In this document: one piece after another, positions 16,669-34,954 of the stretch
How the letters are laid out: the number at the start of each line of letters is the position of its first letter
Position numbering within the stretch: the stretch's first letter is position 1
NCBI RefSeq assembly: GCF_009914755.1
Contig: NC_060934.1
DNA from: the human T2T-CHM13v2.0 reference genome, Homo sapiens
Length of the DNA: 64,000 nucleotides
Direction: 5' to 3' (one strand)
Position numbers and translations under genes: made by a program
Notes under the pieces: model-generated
What the model saw: the letters and a program-made list of their open reading frames with translations, nothing else
The model's database searches: none
Told to the model about the DNA's origin: nothing

Positions 16669-16908
16669 TGACTTGCCTTGTTAGATTTGATTACATATTC
16701 TTTTTGGTCCCTTTAGTTATTTTTGATAGGTGTTATAGAGGGCAAATACAGAAACATATTCTCAAACTGTCTTCTTTTTGAAAGTTTACTTTTAACGTAA
16801 TTTTCAGTGTCAGTTTGCTGTCGGATTCATCTGAGTTGTTTGCAAAAATACATTATTCCAGTTGCTGAATTAATGGCTTTTTAAGTCAATTGGAAATAGG
16901 TCTTTTAA

Positions 16909-17444
<536 letters not shown>

Positions 17445-17517
17445 TAAGTTCTTTTTATATGAGTTGGGAATTCCAACACCCAGATAAATAGTAATTAGAG
17501 AACATATATGTCCCTGT

Positions 17518-17579
17518 GATTACATACAATATATGCATTGTACATGTGGATTACATACAATATATGCATTGTACATGTG
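17518..17579. repeat. Perfect 31-bp tandem duplication
   Basis: gattacatacaatatatgcattgtacatgtg twice. Confidence 0.95.
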
Positions 17580-19477
17580 GAGTTGCTGTTAAAAATGATG
17601 GTGTAAGAGGCACATTTATTGATGAATGAAGAAGTTCCTGGATACTAAATAGAAAAATCCCCACACAAAGTAGCATGATTCTATTTTTGGTTACAATATG
17701 TACATATAGAAAAACTATAAGGAGACTCACCTTTTCTAAGTGTTTTTCTATAGCCTGTTAATACTAATAACTGTTCTTTATAGAAAATCAGATAAAATAG
17801 TACTGCAGTTTTTAAAAATAATGGTAAAAATAGATTTATGAGAATTTCGTTCTTGTGCCTGGTGGTAAATGATCATTATGCAAAAACTTTTTCATATTAA
17901 GGAAACATTCATCTATTCCTACAATTAGTTGTTAATGCTTTGTTGGAAATCTGTTTGAATGTTATCAACTGCTCTCTTTTGATAGCATATTTTAAAGACA
18001 TAAACATTTAAGAATTATATTTTTGCCAGTCTGATTATTCAGCCATTTTGTATTCCTGTGCTAAGGGGTGTATATAGTTGTGAATTCTCTTATTCTATTG
18101 TTTGTCGGCATTTTGCAGTTGATTACTTTTATGATTGAATCTGTTTCTGGAGCATATATACACTGAGAATTAATCTCTGAATGTTTGAAACAGTTCCTCA
18201 GTGAACTTCTATAATCTAGTTCGGCTAGAGCTGTGGCTGGGCAAGGAGGTTGGTGGGGAATGCAAAGATTGGGACTGAAGGGAGAGTGAAGAGATATGTC
18301 TAGAGATGTTGTCATACATATGGTTTGTTGGGGCTTCCCCTCCAGTAATCATTGAGATTCTGTTTTTATCTTTAGTACAGTACTTTATAGTAAGTAACAT
18401 TTCCATCTGTTTCTTTTTGTGTATAAAATTGGTTTAGGCAGTGTGGCAATATGTACTTTCCCTTGAATAAACAACCATTTCATAGTTCAACAGCACCAAA
18501 AGTGTCCAATATTGGGTTATCAATGGCTCTATTCAAAAATGCACCTCTGGTTGTCTCAGCATAAAAGCAGGATGACTAAGCACCCAAAACAGATGGAGTT
18601 TTAGAATAAATACTGCTTTGTGTGCACATGTCTCAGCTGAGACACATGAGCAGTATTGAAATTGCCTTATCTGTAAGGGAGAATTTACTTAAAGTTTTCC
18701 TTGAGGTAACTCTGCTGTAATATGCTACCTTTTTTCTCTCTTTAATACCACATATTTTTGGGAAAAGTACTATTCCAATTTATTTTATTTTGTACAGATA
18801 ATAGAGTGGAGGCTAGAGTAATTTTAAAGTTACTAGTTACCAACTTTTATTCTAAGTATTTTTAGTGGGTATTACAGGTATAGTGTGTTGTCTTAAAACT
18901 TTTTTGCTATGCTTATAATAGTTGTATTTAATAGATGATGTTTATATTCTTGGATATGACACTAAGATTTGTTATCTCCAGCCTTCGGCAGCTCATCTGC
19001 AGAGACTCTCTGTATCCCTTATTATTAAATGATGCTGTATGGAGCCCAGAGGGTCTAAGAACAGACTGAATTAAGAGTTGATCCTTAATCACCCACTATC
19101 CTGTTGCAATAGGAGCAGCTCTGCTTTTAAGTATTGGACTTTCATTCATGCATTTATTTTATTTTGGAGTGTACTGTCAGATCTGGGCACTGTTGTAATT
19201 ATGAAATTATTCCAGTGGCATGTCAGGAAGATCCCTGTCCTCAGAGTTTCTCTTCTAGTGGAAGAGACAGACAATATAAAATATATAAAAGGATAATTGT
19301 GTGATAAGGAAATAGTGATTCAAACAGTAGTGTTAGTGACGTAGGCAGAGTAGTTACATTGGTCAGGGAAAGGCTGACTTATGAATTAACACCTGAAGGA
19401 TGAACAGCCAGCCATATAAGGAAAGAACTCTGTGGCTTTAAATAGTTGGGGAAAAAATTAGATAACTGTTTTTCTAG

Positions 19478-19831
<354 letters not shown>

Positions 19832-20627
19832 TGATGCCGCGAGTACTATTCAGAAGCATTGAAAAATGCTTAAAAGTGAAAAGTAAATAATTTTGAGAAT
19901 TTGTTATTCAGAAGATGAGATCTGTTCTTTCTTTAGTTTAGTATCCAAGGCCCCTTAGTAGTCTAGCATAACAGCTTTACACATCTGTTACATCGCAGGT
20001 ACAGTAACCGTGTTCCTGTCAGACTGTTGTACTTTGCCCTCTGAATCTTTATCACCATGTACTTTCCTACTTTTATGCTGTTGTTCATAATGTGTCCCTT
20101 GACTGAAGGTTGTTGTCTACTGTACCAAGTTGAAATCTTCTGTGTGAGATGATTTTTGTAGCTTGCCTTACTTTACTATCTTAATGTAACTCAGACAGAT
20201 GAAAGCGCAGCATGTACTTGAAGATTGCTTTGTGCTCATTTTCACTCCTTTTCAGATTGAGAGGTGAGTTCCATGTGGCTTCCAAAGTTGAAATCCACTT
20301 CTTGGTTAATTAGGGTCAGGAGGTAAAATTACTTGGAGACACCTATGTGTATGCAGGTACCTGCCTCTGTTTCTTTTTGCCTTCTGTTCTTGTAACTCTA
20401 ATCAGTCAGCTTGGAAAAGGGATAATACTCAGTTTTTTAGCTATATTACTTGCTCACCTTTTAGAATCTTATTATAATTTGATAAATTTTTATAAAACTT
20501 ACTGTTTTACACTAACCTATATTTTTTCTCTCAGAGGAATGCTTTCCTCCCTTAGAATAACTACTTAATTTAAAAATAAAACAGGGAGCAATATAGGATG
20601 TAATTACACTGCATAAAAGCAGCTGTT

Positions 20628-21399
<772 letters not shown>

Positions 21400-21789
21400 C
21401 CTTACTCTTGAAATCTTAGCTAATTCCTTAGTGAAAAGTCAGATGGCAGGGGTCAAAAGAAGTTAGAAACATTCATAAGTATCTCATTTTAGACTTTGTT
21501 GTGATTATTTCAGCTGTGTACAGTGTCAGGCAATATCTTATTTGACAAGTGACCACAGGTGGGCCCCCACCTAGGTAGAGGCAAAATCTGAAGTGAAGCC
21601 CAGATTGCCTGATTGCTAGTCTCACTAAAGGAGTGGCTCTTAACATGGTTAGACCAGCCATCTCTTTTAAAAAATATTTTACATGGCTATTTTTTTTTTC
21701 TATTTTTAAGATATTTGTTAGTATTATTGTAGAGACAGAATCTCTCCCTATATTTCCCTAGGCTGGTCTGGAATTCCTGATTATTTTTA

Positions 21790-24340
<2,551 letters not shown>

Positions 24341-24409
24341 CTGATAGTTTCTTTTCAAACACAACTCAGTTTCATTCTTTTGCACGTGCCGCCTCCCATT
24401 TTAAAACTC

Positions 24410-24735
24410 TCCTGTCGCATAATGTTTCCATAAATGAAGTACTGTGTATGTGAAGGTGATCTCATAATGTATTTTTACTGTACCTTTTCTATGTTTAGAT
24501 ATGCTTAGATACACAAATACTAACATTGTATTATAGTTGCCTACAGTCTTCAGTACAGTTACAGGCTGTATAGATTTATAGCCTAGGAGCAATAGGTTAT
24601 ACCACATAGCCAAGGTGTGTAGTAGACTATACCATCTAGGTTTGCGTTAGTACACTCTTAGGATGTTTGCACAACAAAATTGCTCGACAACATATTGCTC
24701 AGAACGTATCCTTGTCTTTAAGCAGCACATGACTG
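24410..24735 (+). mobile_element. Tigger3a/MER7A-like DNA transposon
   Basis: tactgtaccttttctatgtttagata, gcctaggagcaatagg, and a ...catgactg|ta end. Confidence 0.85.
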
Positions 24736-25339
24736 TATGGTATAAAATCGCCATAGTAATATATACATAATAACATATACTGCCTGCAGATAGAAATAAT
24801 GTTACGTGTAATTTTCACAAACTCTTTGTAGCACTGTGCTAAAAATATGTAGCCATATATATATATTTAAGATAAGATACGGCAGTACTGTTTTTTAAAC
24901 AATGAAATTTGTTGAGTGTTTCATCTAGCGTTTATCTCTGCCACTTCAATGTTTGAACCTGTCAACAAAGGAATCTACTTAATGTCATTTGTTTGTGACA
25001 GATATAAGGCAGATGTATTATATATATAGCATTATTGTCAGTGGTGAGATTTTTCCAAGTAGTGAACATTTTGATAAAAGTTCCAAAAAATGACCTTATT
25101 ATAAACTAAAGTTGTATTGGTTCATGTGTAAAAAAGAATTAAGTTTTATACAGTACAATTTGCATAGCAGCTGTATTCCTGGAAAATTTAGCATGCTGTG
25201 CTAAGCAGATTTTGGTTCTAGACTCAGTTAATTATAAGCAGCTTGTTTTCAGATGTTAGACAGTTCTTTGGGAGACATGTATAATGCCCAGTAGGCATCC
25301 CTGGCCCCCTTTCACTAAATATCAGCTCACCTTCATGGA

Positions 25340-25620
25340 GAGCAATGCTGTCCAGTGAGTCTCATATGCAGTTTTAAGTTTTTTAGTAGCCAACATCTGG
25401 AATTTCAATTATATTTATTATTTAACCAGATACAGCTAAAATACTTCATGTAATCAATATAAAAATATTAATGTGATATTTTGCATTTGTTTTTTTACCT
25501 AAGTCTTGGAATCTAGTATCTATTTTACACATACAGAAAATCCCAATTCCTACTAGCTGTGTTTCAAGTGCTTAGTAGCTATGTGTGGCCAGTGACTGTC
25601 ATTGAATAGCACAAATGTAG
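25340..25620. mobile_element. MER3/MER33-like hAT MITE
   Basis: ttttagtagccaacat, tttcaagtgcttagtagctatgtgtggccagtgact. Confidence 0.65.
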
Positions 25621-26436
25621 AGGGAGTAACTGTACAACCAGCTGTCAAATTGTTGATACTTGTTGTGATCCATTTTTCCCTCCCGCAAGAGACAAAACCT
25701 GGTTAGCTATAAGTTTCGCTTTTCACCACCAGGTTTCTTGATATACAGTTGGTAAATTGCAGAATGATATTATTATAAACTAAAGTTGTATTGGTTCGTG
25801 TGTACAAATTTTTTTTAGTCAAGGATAATGCTCAGAAGTTACTTCCATTTCCATGTTCTTACCCCTAAATAGCTGCATTTTTATCCTAATGGTTTTTTTT
25901 GCATTATTATCTCTTGAAAGTAATTGATTTCCATGCTGAGCTGCTTGTCTGTGCTATTCAAGTTTTTATTAGTACTCTGATAATAAAGTTGCATAATTTT
26001 GAACGGCTTTGTTCTATTTTTCCCATAAGACTTTTTAATATGCAGTTTTGCAGAATTCAGTCTTTTCAAGGCGAACATTTATCATGTTATAGCAGAAAAA
26101 CCGTATAGTACAGATATGTGGCTTTCTTGGTGAAACTCTTTTAAGTGCTGTGGCCGCTGGTTAGGAGTGATGAAAGGCCAAGGACACTGGAAGGTAGTAC
26201 AGCATTCAGAGTAACAGAGGAAGAAGATCTTGGGAAGGTACTGACCTGTAGAGTATAATAATCTCTGTAAGTGAAGAGGGTATGATCATCAGTTTATTTT
26301 TAGCATATTGCCATCTTTTCAGGGGAGATTCGTTGAGTGTCCTCTACCATTTGACTTCGTAAACCTTTGTTTCCCAATGTGTGGCCTGGGTGCTAACTAT
26401 ACTAGAACCATCCTGGGAATGCCTATTAAAAATTCA

Positions 26437-26746
<310 letters not shown>

Positions 26747-27780
26747 TTAAAAATTACTGTGAATTAGAATCTCTGAGAAAGACAACTTTGAGATCTACAA
26801 TTTTTAATATACTAAAGATTCAGATCCACTACTGAGCTTTATTCAGTCCTATTTTTGCTTTTGTCTGAAAGCAATATGAGATGGTAGATGTCTTTGAATT
26901 ATTTCATTTAGTATACAGATATACCTGTTCCTTCCTTAGTGTCTTAAAGAGAATAAAGACACTAAGACTTCTAAGTCTGTGGATCTGGTAATAAATTCTG
27001 GCGGTTGTCAGGGTCTGAATAAGGACATAAATGCTATAATATTTTGCTCCTGAGTAGACTGAAAACTGTTGTTCCACCTTTTTGAAAGCTGGTTGCCTTT
27101 CCCACTGCCATTTAATCATATAGAGTTGTATGTCCTCCCTCTGCTTTCCCTACTCCTAATATCCTGGTTCCCTTTTGTAAATGGAAGGGCATTGTAATTG
27201 CTTAATGTCCATTTCTCGCTGAGTCAGGTATGTTTTGATGAATTTTTTTTGGACCATTTTCTGATTATTTTCCTAGGCCCTCACTCTTTGAAACTATAGG
27301 TTGTGTCCTTCTCACCCTTAAATTTTAGCTTCTGAAGTTTCAGAAGATGCCAAATAGGGATTATTCTGTCAAAAATACTGAAGATTTTGTCAGGGAAAAT
27401 GTCATTCTCTTGTACCGACCCTTGGACGGTGGTCTGAAACTAGCATCCAGTCATGTTGTTACATCTCCATTTTATAATTTGCCCTGGCTAAGCACTGGAA
27501 GGGAGAATTTTGCTCACCATTTAAGTTCTTAAAGTTGCAAGCTTAAGTATAGAGCCCCTATATCTGTCCTGCTCTTCTCCCTAAACCAAGTCATTCCCAA
27601 TAGCATCCTTTTCTTAGACTCCTTTAAGACTTAACTTTATCAGTCCTAACTTTAATTTCTTGAGGTTGGTTTAAATGTACAACATTTAAAAACATTTTTA
27701 TCCCACTTACTCACTGATACAGTATTTCTTGGGTAGATGAATTTTTTTTTTTTTTTGTCGTTAAATAGCGAGCTTTTCCT

Positions 27781-27942
27781 TGGTAATATACACAGTGCAT
27801 AAAGGTACTTGACTGTATAAATGGCATTGCCTCCGTTGCTTTTTTGGATCATTGTGTGACCCAGTGTGTGACCCAATGAAGCAATGGAGACAATGCTGTT
27901 TATACAGTAAAAAGTACCCTTTATGCACTCTGTCTCTCACCA
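27781..27942. repeat. ~160-bp imperfect palindrome (about 70-bp arms)
   Basis: agtgcataaaggtactt...actgtataaatggcattgcctccgttgctt pairs with aagcaatggagacaatgctgtttatacagt...aagtaccctttatgcact. Confidence 0.92.
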
Positions 27943-29389
27943 GCATGTATATATTATCTTCCTTTGTGTGCTTGAATACTCACTAGATTTGGGATTGAAA
28001 TTCTGAGTTCAAGTTTTATGCGTGGATTCTGCTCTTACTGGATAGGTTCAGAAGTCTTACTATATTCTTTCTCTTAGCCTTAGATTCTGTATTATAATAA
28101 AAGAAATCTAAAACTTGTGAGGTCGCATATAAAAATTCATGTGATATTTTAAGATAGGAGATTTAAAAGGAATTTTGTGTTGTAGCACTTCTTTTCGGTA
28201 TGGCTCTAGAAAATCATAACCACCATTACCCCAGCCTTGGGAAGGATGTGCACAATCAGTTTGTTCTTCTACTTGTGTATTACTTCAGTTTGGAAAGAGA
28301 TACACGGAGAAAGTAAGAGGCTCAAATGAAATACCAAAGAAAGTATGTAAGGTAATATAAGCTGAAGCTTTTATTCTGAGACATTTAACTTTGTTTACCT
28401 TATTATTGTCATTTTATTCAGGGGCAAATCTGCACTACCTTCAGGTCCAAAGGGCATCTTTCTAGTTGGAATGTAAAGATGTACTGCCTGCCATGCTTTG
28501 TATAAAACCTCTTATGTGAATTTGAAATCTGTTTAAGAATGTTAGTTTATTCTTAGTCTTTCAGAAAAATATCTTTATCTTACTCCTCACCCATTTTAAG
28601 TTTTGTTTTTGATAAGCAGTCTAAGTAAATCTCCATAGAATGTGGAATCTGGTCCCTATCCAAAAAGCTCTTGTCTTTGAAAATAATTTCCCCATCAACA
28701 ACTGATTCCGTTTTCTCTTTTAGAGAAGTCAGGCTGGTGTGCCTTGATGCTTATGACTTGATTATTATGCTGTGCCTTCTGAAAACACATACACTAGACC
28801 TAAAAGTTAGTTGGTAACTTCCGTCAGGCTGGTGGAAGGCATACCATTTCTTTAGAGGTATAATTAATTGGAATGCTTGTCAGTATTTGAGTTTTCATTG
28901 ACTTCAGGAATAGTCACTAAAGCGGAGTGAATTTCTGGATCTTAACCTCATGAGAGAGGTCAATAGACCTCATTTGTAATATACCTTATGTTTGTAGAAT
29001 ACCTGTCAGGTCTTTCAGCAAACTTTTAATGTGGCACTTTCATTTCATAGATTTAAGCATAGAACATACTGTTCAAGAATGTGTGCAAATAAATGTCTGA
29101 GTGGGGTATCTAACCCAGGCTTTTTAATGGATTACTCTGGGATTTATTTCAGTCAGTAAGATTAGGTTTTTTTCCATTACTGTCGACAAACTTAAGGAAA
29201 TTTTCATGGAAATCCCACTCTGCGAGTAGTGCATATATATTCTAGTAGTCCATATTACTAGTTCTACTTCTTATATTCAGTTGTAAATCTGATTTTTAAA
29301 AAATCTTTGGAGTTATATCTGAAAAGTAGAAATTTCAGCATAGATCTCATGTTTTTCTTTAAAACTTGAAGTATTAATTTTCCTTTGTT

Positions 29390-30090
29390 ACTAAGCATTT
29401 TGGGATCCTAAAACCATTTGTGAGGTTTGGTGATTCTCTAAGACTCTCAGGACTCAACATAGTCATTATCATGACTGTGACTTACTACTGTGGACAGGTG
29501 CAAAGAGAAAAGGCACATGGGGCAAAATCTGAAGGAATCCAGGTGTAAGCTTCTAAGAATTCTTGCCTAAGAGTCATACAGGATGCACTTAATTCCTCCA
29601 GCAACAAATTGTGACACACTTGTGGAATGTTGTCTACCAGGGAAGCTCACTAGAGATTTAGTGTGCACGGCTTTTACTGGATTTGGTGAGTTATATAGGT
29701 ACTCTTTGCCTTGCATGTACCAAAATTTCAGACTCCAGTAGGAAAGCAGGTGTTCAGTACAAACCATATTATATACCCAAACAGCTTAGGTACAATGAGC
29801 GATTCTTTTTTTTTTTTTTTTTTTTTTTTTAAGACGGGTTCTCATTATATCACCCAGGCTGGTCTCGAACTCCTGGACTCAAGGGATTCCCCTGCCTCTA
29901 CCTCCTCAGTAGTCGGGACTAGTGCAAGCCACTGTGCCTGGCCTCAGTGAGCACCTCTTTCACCTCTTTATCAGTTAGGGTTGTGAGATCCCTCTGGAAG
30001 TCTAGATTCCCACATGTCTGTCAAGGGCCAGCTGTGCCAGAAAGCCTTTCTAAAGATAGCAGTCTCTGGGCTTCTGTTAACTTTTCCTGT
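29390..30090. mobile_element. MER21-like LTR with an internal antisense Alu monomer (29805-29943)
   Basis: caggatgcacttaattcctccagcaacaaattgtgaca, gaaagcaggtgttcag, ctttctaaagatagcagtctc. Confidence 0.7.
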
Positions 30091-30100
30091 ATACTCAGCC

Positions 30101-30388
30101 TTTTTGTTTGTTTGTTTGTTTGTTTGTTTTTTGAGACAGAGTCTTGCTCTGTTGCCCAGGCTGGAGTGCAGTGGCACAATTCTCAGCTCACTGCAACCTC
30201 GCCTCCCAGGTTCAAGTGATGCTCATGCTCCTGCCTCAGCCTCCCGAGTAGCTGGGACTACAGGCACACACCACCACGTCCAGCTAACTTTTGTATTTTT
30301 AGTAGAGATGGGGTTTTACCATGTTGGTCAGGCTGGTCTCGAACTCCTGGACCTCGGGTGATCCACCTGCCTCGGCCTCCCAAAGTGT
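30101..30388 (-). mobile_element. Alu with (TTTG)n tail; nearest Alu upstream of exon 4
   Basis: Antisense Alu consensus. Confidence 0.95.
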
Positions 30389-31958
30389 TCAGCTTATTTT
30401 TGACTGATTTCTTCTTGATTCTGTTCATTCATAGAGCATTTATTGAGGATTTATTTCTTGCTTCCTGTTATTTAAAAGGGGGTTTAGGGTATTCTATCTA
30501 TATAAGTAGAATACTGTACAGCAAGATGAAATCAAAATAAGTAGAAGAACCCATCAGACTTCTTAGGAAATATCCTCTATCATACCACCTACGTTGTTCT
30601 TAAGTAACCATTGTACTTAGGTAATTCTCTTTGATCTTTTGTGACATCACTAGCTTTCTTGAGTCTTTGAATCTGCATGTAGTTTCCATTATAAGCAGAC
30701 CCTTATCTGAGGGTAAATCTTGGCCATTGCCTTTTTTCCTGTCATACTCTTACTTCGTCCATGAACTTTTTTAGTGCCTGCTGCTTACATGCAAAGCAGT
30801 TAGTCACCTCTCCTACCTTTGACTTCTAATAGAAAAGACTTCCAAATCCACATCTACTTAACACCTTTTCTTCTGAATTCCTAGTTCTGTATTAATCGGA
30901 CCATTTTCACTTGGATATCTAAAACCTTATAGTCATCATCTGTCTCAGTTCACCTTTCCTCTTACCATTTAGTTGTTTCTATTGATTGAAATAATATTCC
31001 TAACTCATTTCTGCTTTTATCCACCCTGGTTCTAACTGATAATTCCTGGACCACTGGAGCATTTAAATTGCTCTTTGCACTTCTAGTTTTTGTTCATAAT
31101 AGTGTAGCCTCCATGCCACTCCTAGATCACTTACTAAAAAAAATACCAGTTGGATTATGTTACTTTGTTGCTGAAAAATCTAGAATTAAGGAATGATATT
31201 GAAATACTAACATTAGACTTCTGTGGTGAACCTTTTTGTGTCATTCATCAAAGTGTTTTTGCAAGTCTGGATTTTTATACCCTGCTTTTTCTTAAAGCAA
31301 GAGAAACTTTTTTCTGTGGTCACTGACATATACAGATTTTCATAAAACTTGAGTTACTCTTAAGCAATTTTTAGATAGAGTTGGACCTGTTAGGAAAAGA
31401 GTCTTGATGTCATCTTTATCATCTTATAAGTGAGCACCTTCCCTGAGACTCTTTAACTTCTTGAAAAAAGTTGATGCTGTTTTATTTGAAAAATCGTCAA
31501 GACTATTAAAAGGCAAATAGGGGAAACTGTTAAGAAATTGAAATACAGTTGCAAAAACATACTGATAACAGTGACTTTTAGTTCTGTATCATTTGAGTTC
31601 TTGTGCCTTTTTTCTGTGCACATTGTACTTCTATTTTTGTCCAGTAAAACTTTAAGAAAACCCAGAAGTTGCTACAAATGATAAAGATAAGGTTTTGTTT
31701 CTCTCAAAAAGGTTGTTATATGCTGCTGTTCCAGGACATATCAGGATGACAACTATGTATAATATTTAAAGCCACATCTTTAGTAGGTTCACAGATACTT
31801 TATATACTATAAAAAGTATGACTGTGTATATATTCCTAATGCTTATGTAAGATGTTCGTTTAGAGATATAAAATAATATCTAGTATGATAGAAAACAGTT
31901 TAGATTAAACATGAAATACAGTTTACTTGTAATTCACTTTGTTCTTTATTTTTTTAAG

Positions 31959-32065
31959 GGACCAGTTACTCTCCACAAGAAAATTCACACAACCACAGTG
32001 CTCTTCATAGTTCAAATTCACATTCTTCTAATCCAAGCAATAACCCAAGCAAAACTTCAGATGCA
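31959..32065 (+). CDS. WAC: WAC coding exon (canonical exon 4), 107 nt, phase 1 to 0
   Basis: Acceptor ttattttttttaag|GG, donor GCA|gtaagt. Translates (G)[35 protein letters not shown], recognised as human WAC. Confidence 0.96.
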
Positions 32066-33369
32066 GTAAGTATTATAAACATGTCCAATATGGTTTCTTT
32101 GGAATTTTTTGCAAAAAAAAAAAAAAAATACAACCCATGGCAAGTCTTGTAAAATCTAATGTCTTTTTTTTTAAAAATGTTTCAATCACAGTCTTAATGT
32201 GTTTATTTGATATTATTATTATCCTATTTTAAACCAATGAGCCAAGCTTATTAATGGAACTGAAGAGTTGTCAGAAGATAGTATCTTTGGTATTACTTAA
32301 TTAGGATTCCTGTACAAAGCAATGTTTTTCTGTTGTGATATCTGAGATAAAAAGAACTTCAGGCTGAAACTTCTTTAAAGTGGTCTAAGTTAAGCTTACT
32401 TTCTTTCCATAGTGTATAAACTCCTTATAGGATACATTTATTATCTACTGTGTCTTACACACTCTCCCAGACGCTAGGGATATACAGTTACCTGTCCACA
32501 AGGGTGTGAAACCCAGTGAGGGATTTTAAATATTTTCAGAAGTTTAGTTTAATGAAATAAGTTATTTATTTTGAATTTTAAGTCATAGGTTTAAATGAAA
32601 TTTTTAATTCAGCAAAAAATTAATAAGGTTTTAATTCACCAGGCATATGCTAAGCTGCATATATATGGAATGTGGCCCATCTTAAAGGAATTCTGGGACC
32701 TGTGGTAGAGACAGAAAAGTAAACAAATAGTGCCTGTTAAAGTTGCTTTGGAGGGTGCTCAACACAGGACTCCCAGCTTGGGTGAGGAAGATAGTAAAGT
32801 ATAACTAATGCTTCCCAACAGGCTGACTAAAACTTGGGCAGTAAAAGAGCTCTGGACTTCATAGCATACAAAGGAATAGAGCTTGCAACGATGTAGAAGT
32901 GTAAAATAGTGTAGCACGGTTAGAGAACTGCCAGAATTTTGACAGTGTGGAAAAATGGCAGGAGCTAAAGTTACAGAGGTAAGTGGGAGGCATATCATAA
33001 GAAGCTCTATGTCATGCCAAGGAATATTAATTATACATATATAAGGCAGTGGAGAGGTATTGAAGGATATAATCAGTAAAATAACATCATATTTGCAATT
33101 TAAAAAATTATCTCGGGTAGCAGTGTGGAAATATAGGAAAGAATGAACAATGAGAAGGCTGACAAAGGTGTAGGTTGAGTCCAACTGATTTTGCTTTGAG
33201 TATTTGAGTGATCATCATGTCTTAATTGACGTTGAAAGACCTTCAGATTTTATTTTTGTTTCTTGTTGAAGCAGTGTGGATAGTACATTTCCATAGAAAA
33301 TTGAGACATTAGGATAATATTTGGATAAAAATAGATAGTATTAGTGTCCATTTAGAAAATTATACTATT

Positions 33370-33640
<271 letters not shown>

Positions 33641-34954
33641 ATCATGTTAATTGTTTTAACACAGAATTTAATATATGGGATTGGTTAAGCAGATACTGAA
33701 AAAAAACAAAGGAACCCTCAGGTAACACATACAGTAATCACCACTCAAGGCTATTGAACAACCGGATGAATTTGGGGTTTTAGAACCCAGTAGCATAGAG
33801 GAGGAGCCCCACAGAGCTGGTAGTAATACCTCTGAGGGTATGGTGAAGCTAGTTCTAGTGGTGGGATGGTAGCCGAGAGCTGGTAACAACTGCGGCTGCT
33901 CCTTTCTCCTGCCTTTCATTCGTCTAATGCTTCTAAGAGGAAGGAAGCCATCTGGCTAAATAGAGAGTAATTTGCACTGTCCCAGCTCTAGCATCACAGA
34001 GCGGACTATCAAAGGGTGGGACTGGGACTGAGAAAACAGCTCGCTAAGCCTTCACGCGTGCTATCGTCAAACTATTTGTGATGGGTCATTTTCTTTTTCC
34101 TTTCTTTTTTTTTTTTTTCCAAGTAGGGAAGGGAGGATGAGGCCAAGTGGGGAGAAGGGGGAGCAAATCATTTTCAGTGAGATGTATATTCAGGATTTTA
34201 GAATGAATCTGCCTGTTTTCCTGGAAAACAGTCTATTACTTTACAAAGTAACACTAACCTAAAGTTCCACTTGTCATTGACAGTTTAGATTTGCTATTTG
34301 TCTACTCCTAGGACAGCAGCAGCCCTTGTGGGCATTGTTTTTTTTTTATTTTGTAAAACACAAATGCAAACAAAACAAACACCTCATTCAGGGAAGACAA
34401 ACTTTGATTATTAGGATTTTACAGCAGTGGGTTTAACCCAGTGAAGTCAGAAAGAATAAATAATGGGCGTAGATAAGCTTGAATGATTCAAATCATAAGG
34501 GTGTCAGGGAACTTAATTATGTGAGTGAAAGTTGAAGACCATTACTAGAATAGATAAAATGTTTTGTGTTTCTGGAATCCGCGTTCTGGTTTCTCTAGAT
34601 TTCACCTGTAGGTGCATAAGTAGTGGTCTTTTGCATTATAATGTACCTAGTGGGAATGATACAAACAGCCCTTATGAACTGTAAATTTAATCTTACCTGA
34701 AAAGTTGGCTTTAGAGTTATCTACACAGATATTTGGGTATGTGGGTGATTTTTTAAAATCAAGTTAACTATTAAAAACCAAGTTGAAATTATCTTTTATT
34801 TTCAGTATCAGATTAAGGCGTTAACATTTAATGTACTTCCCTGCTAAGTCCTCTGATAAACATTTATTGTGGGGTGTTTACCGCAGAGCCTGGCTTATGG
34901 TAAAGATTAGGAAAAGCTTGGTGAATGCCTCCTTCACAAAAAAGTCATGGGAAT

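Noticed and set aside
32759-33184. 141-aa minus-strand ORF
   Set aside because: It lies in L2-like degenerate sequence, with no recognisable domain or splice support.
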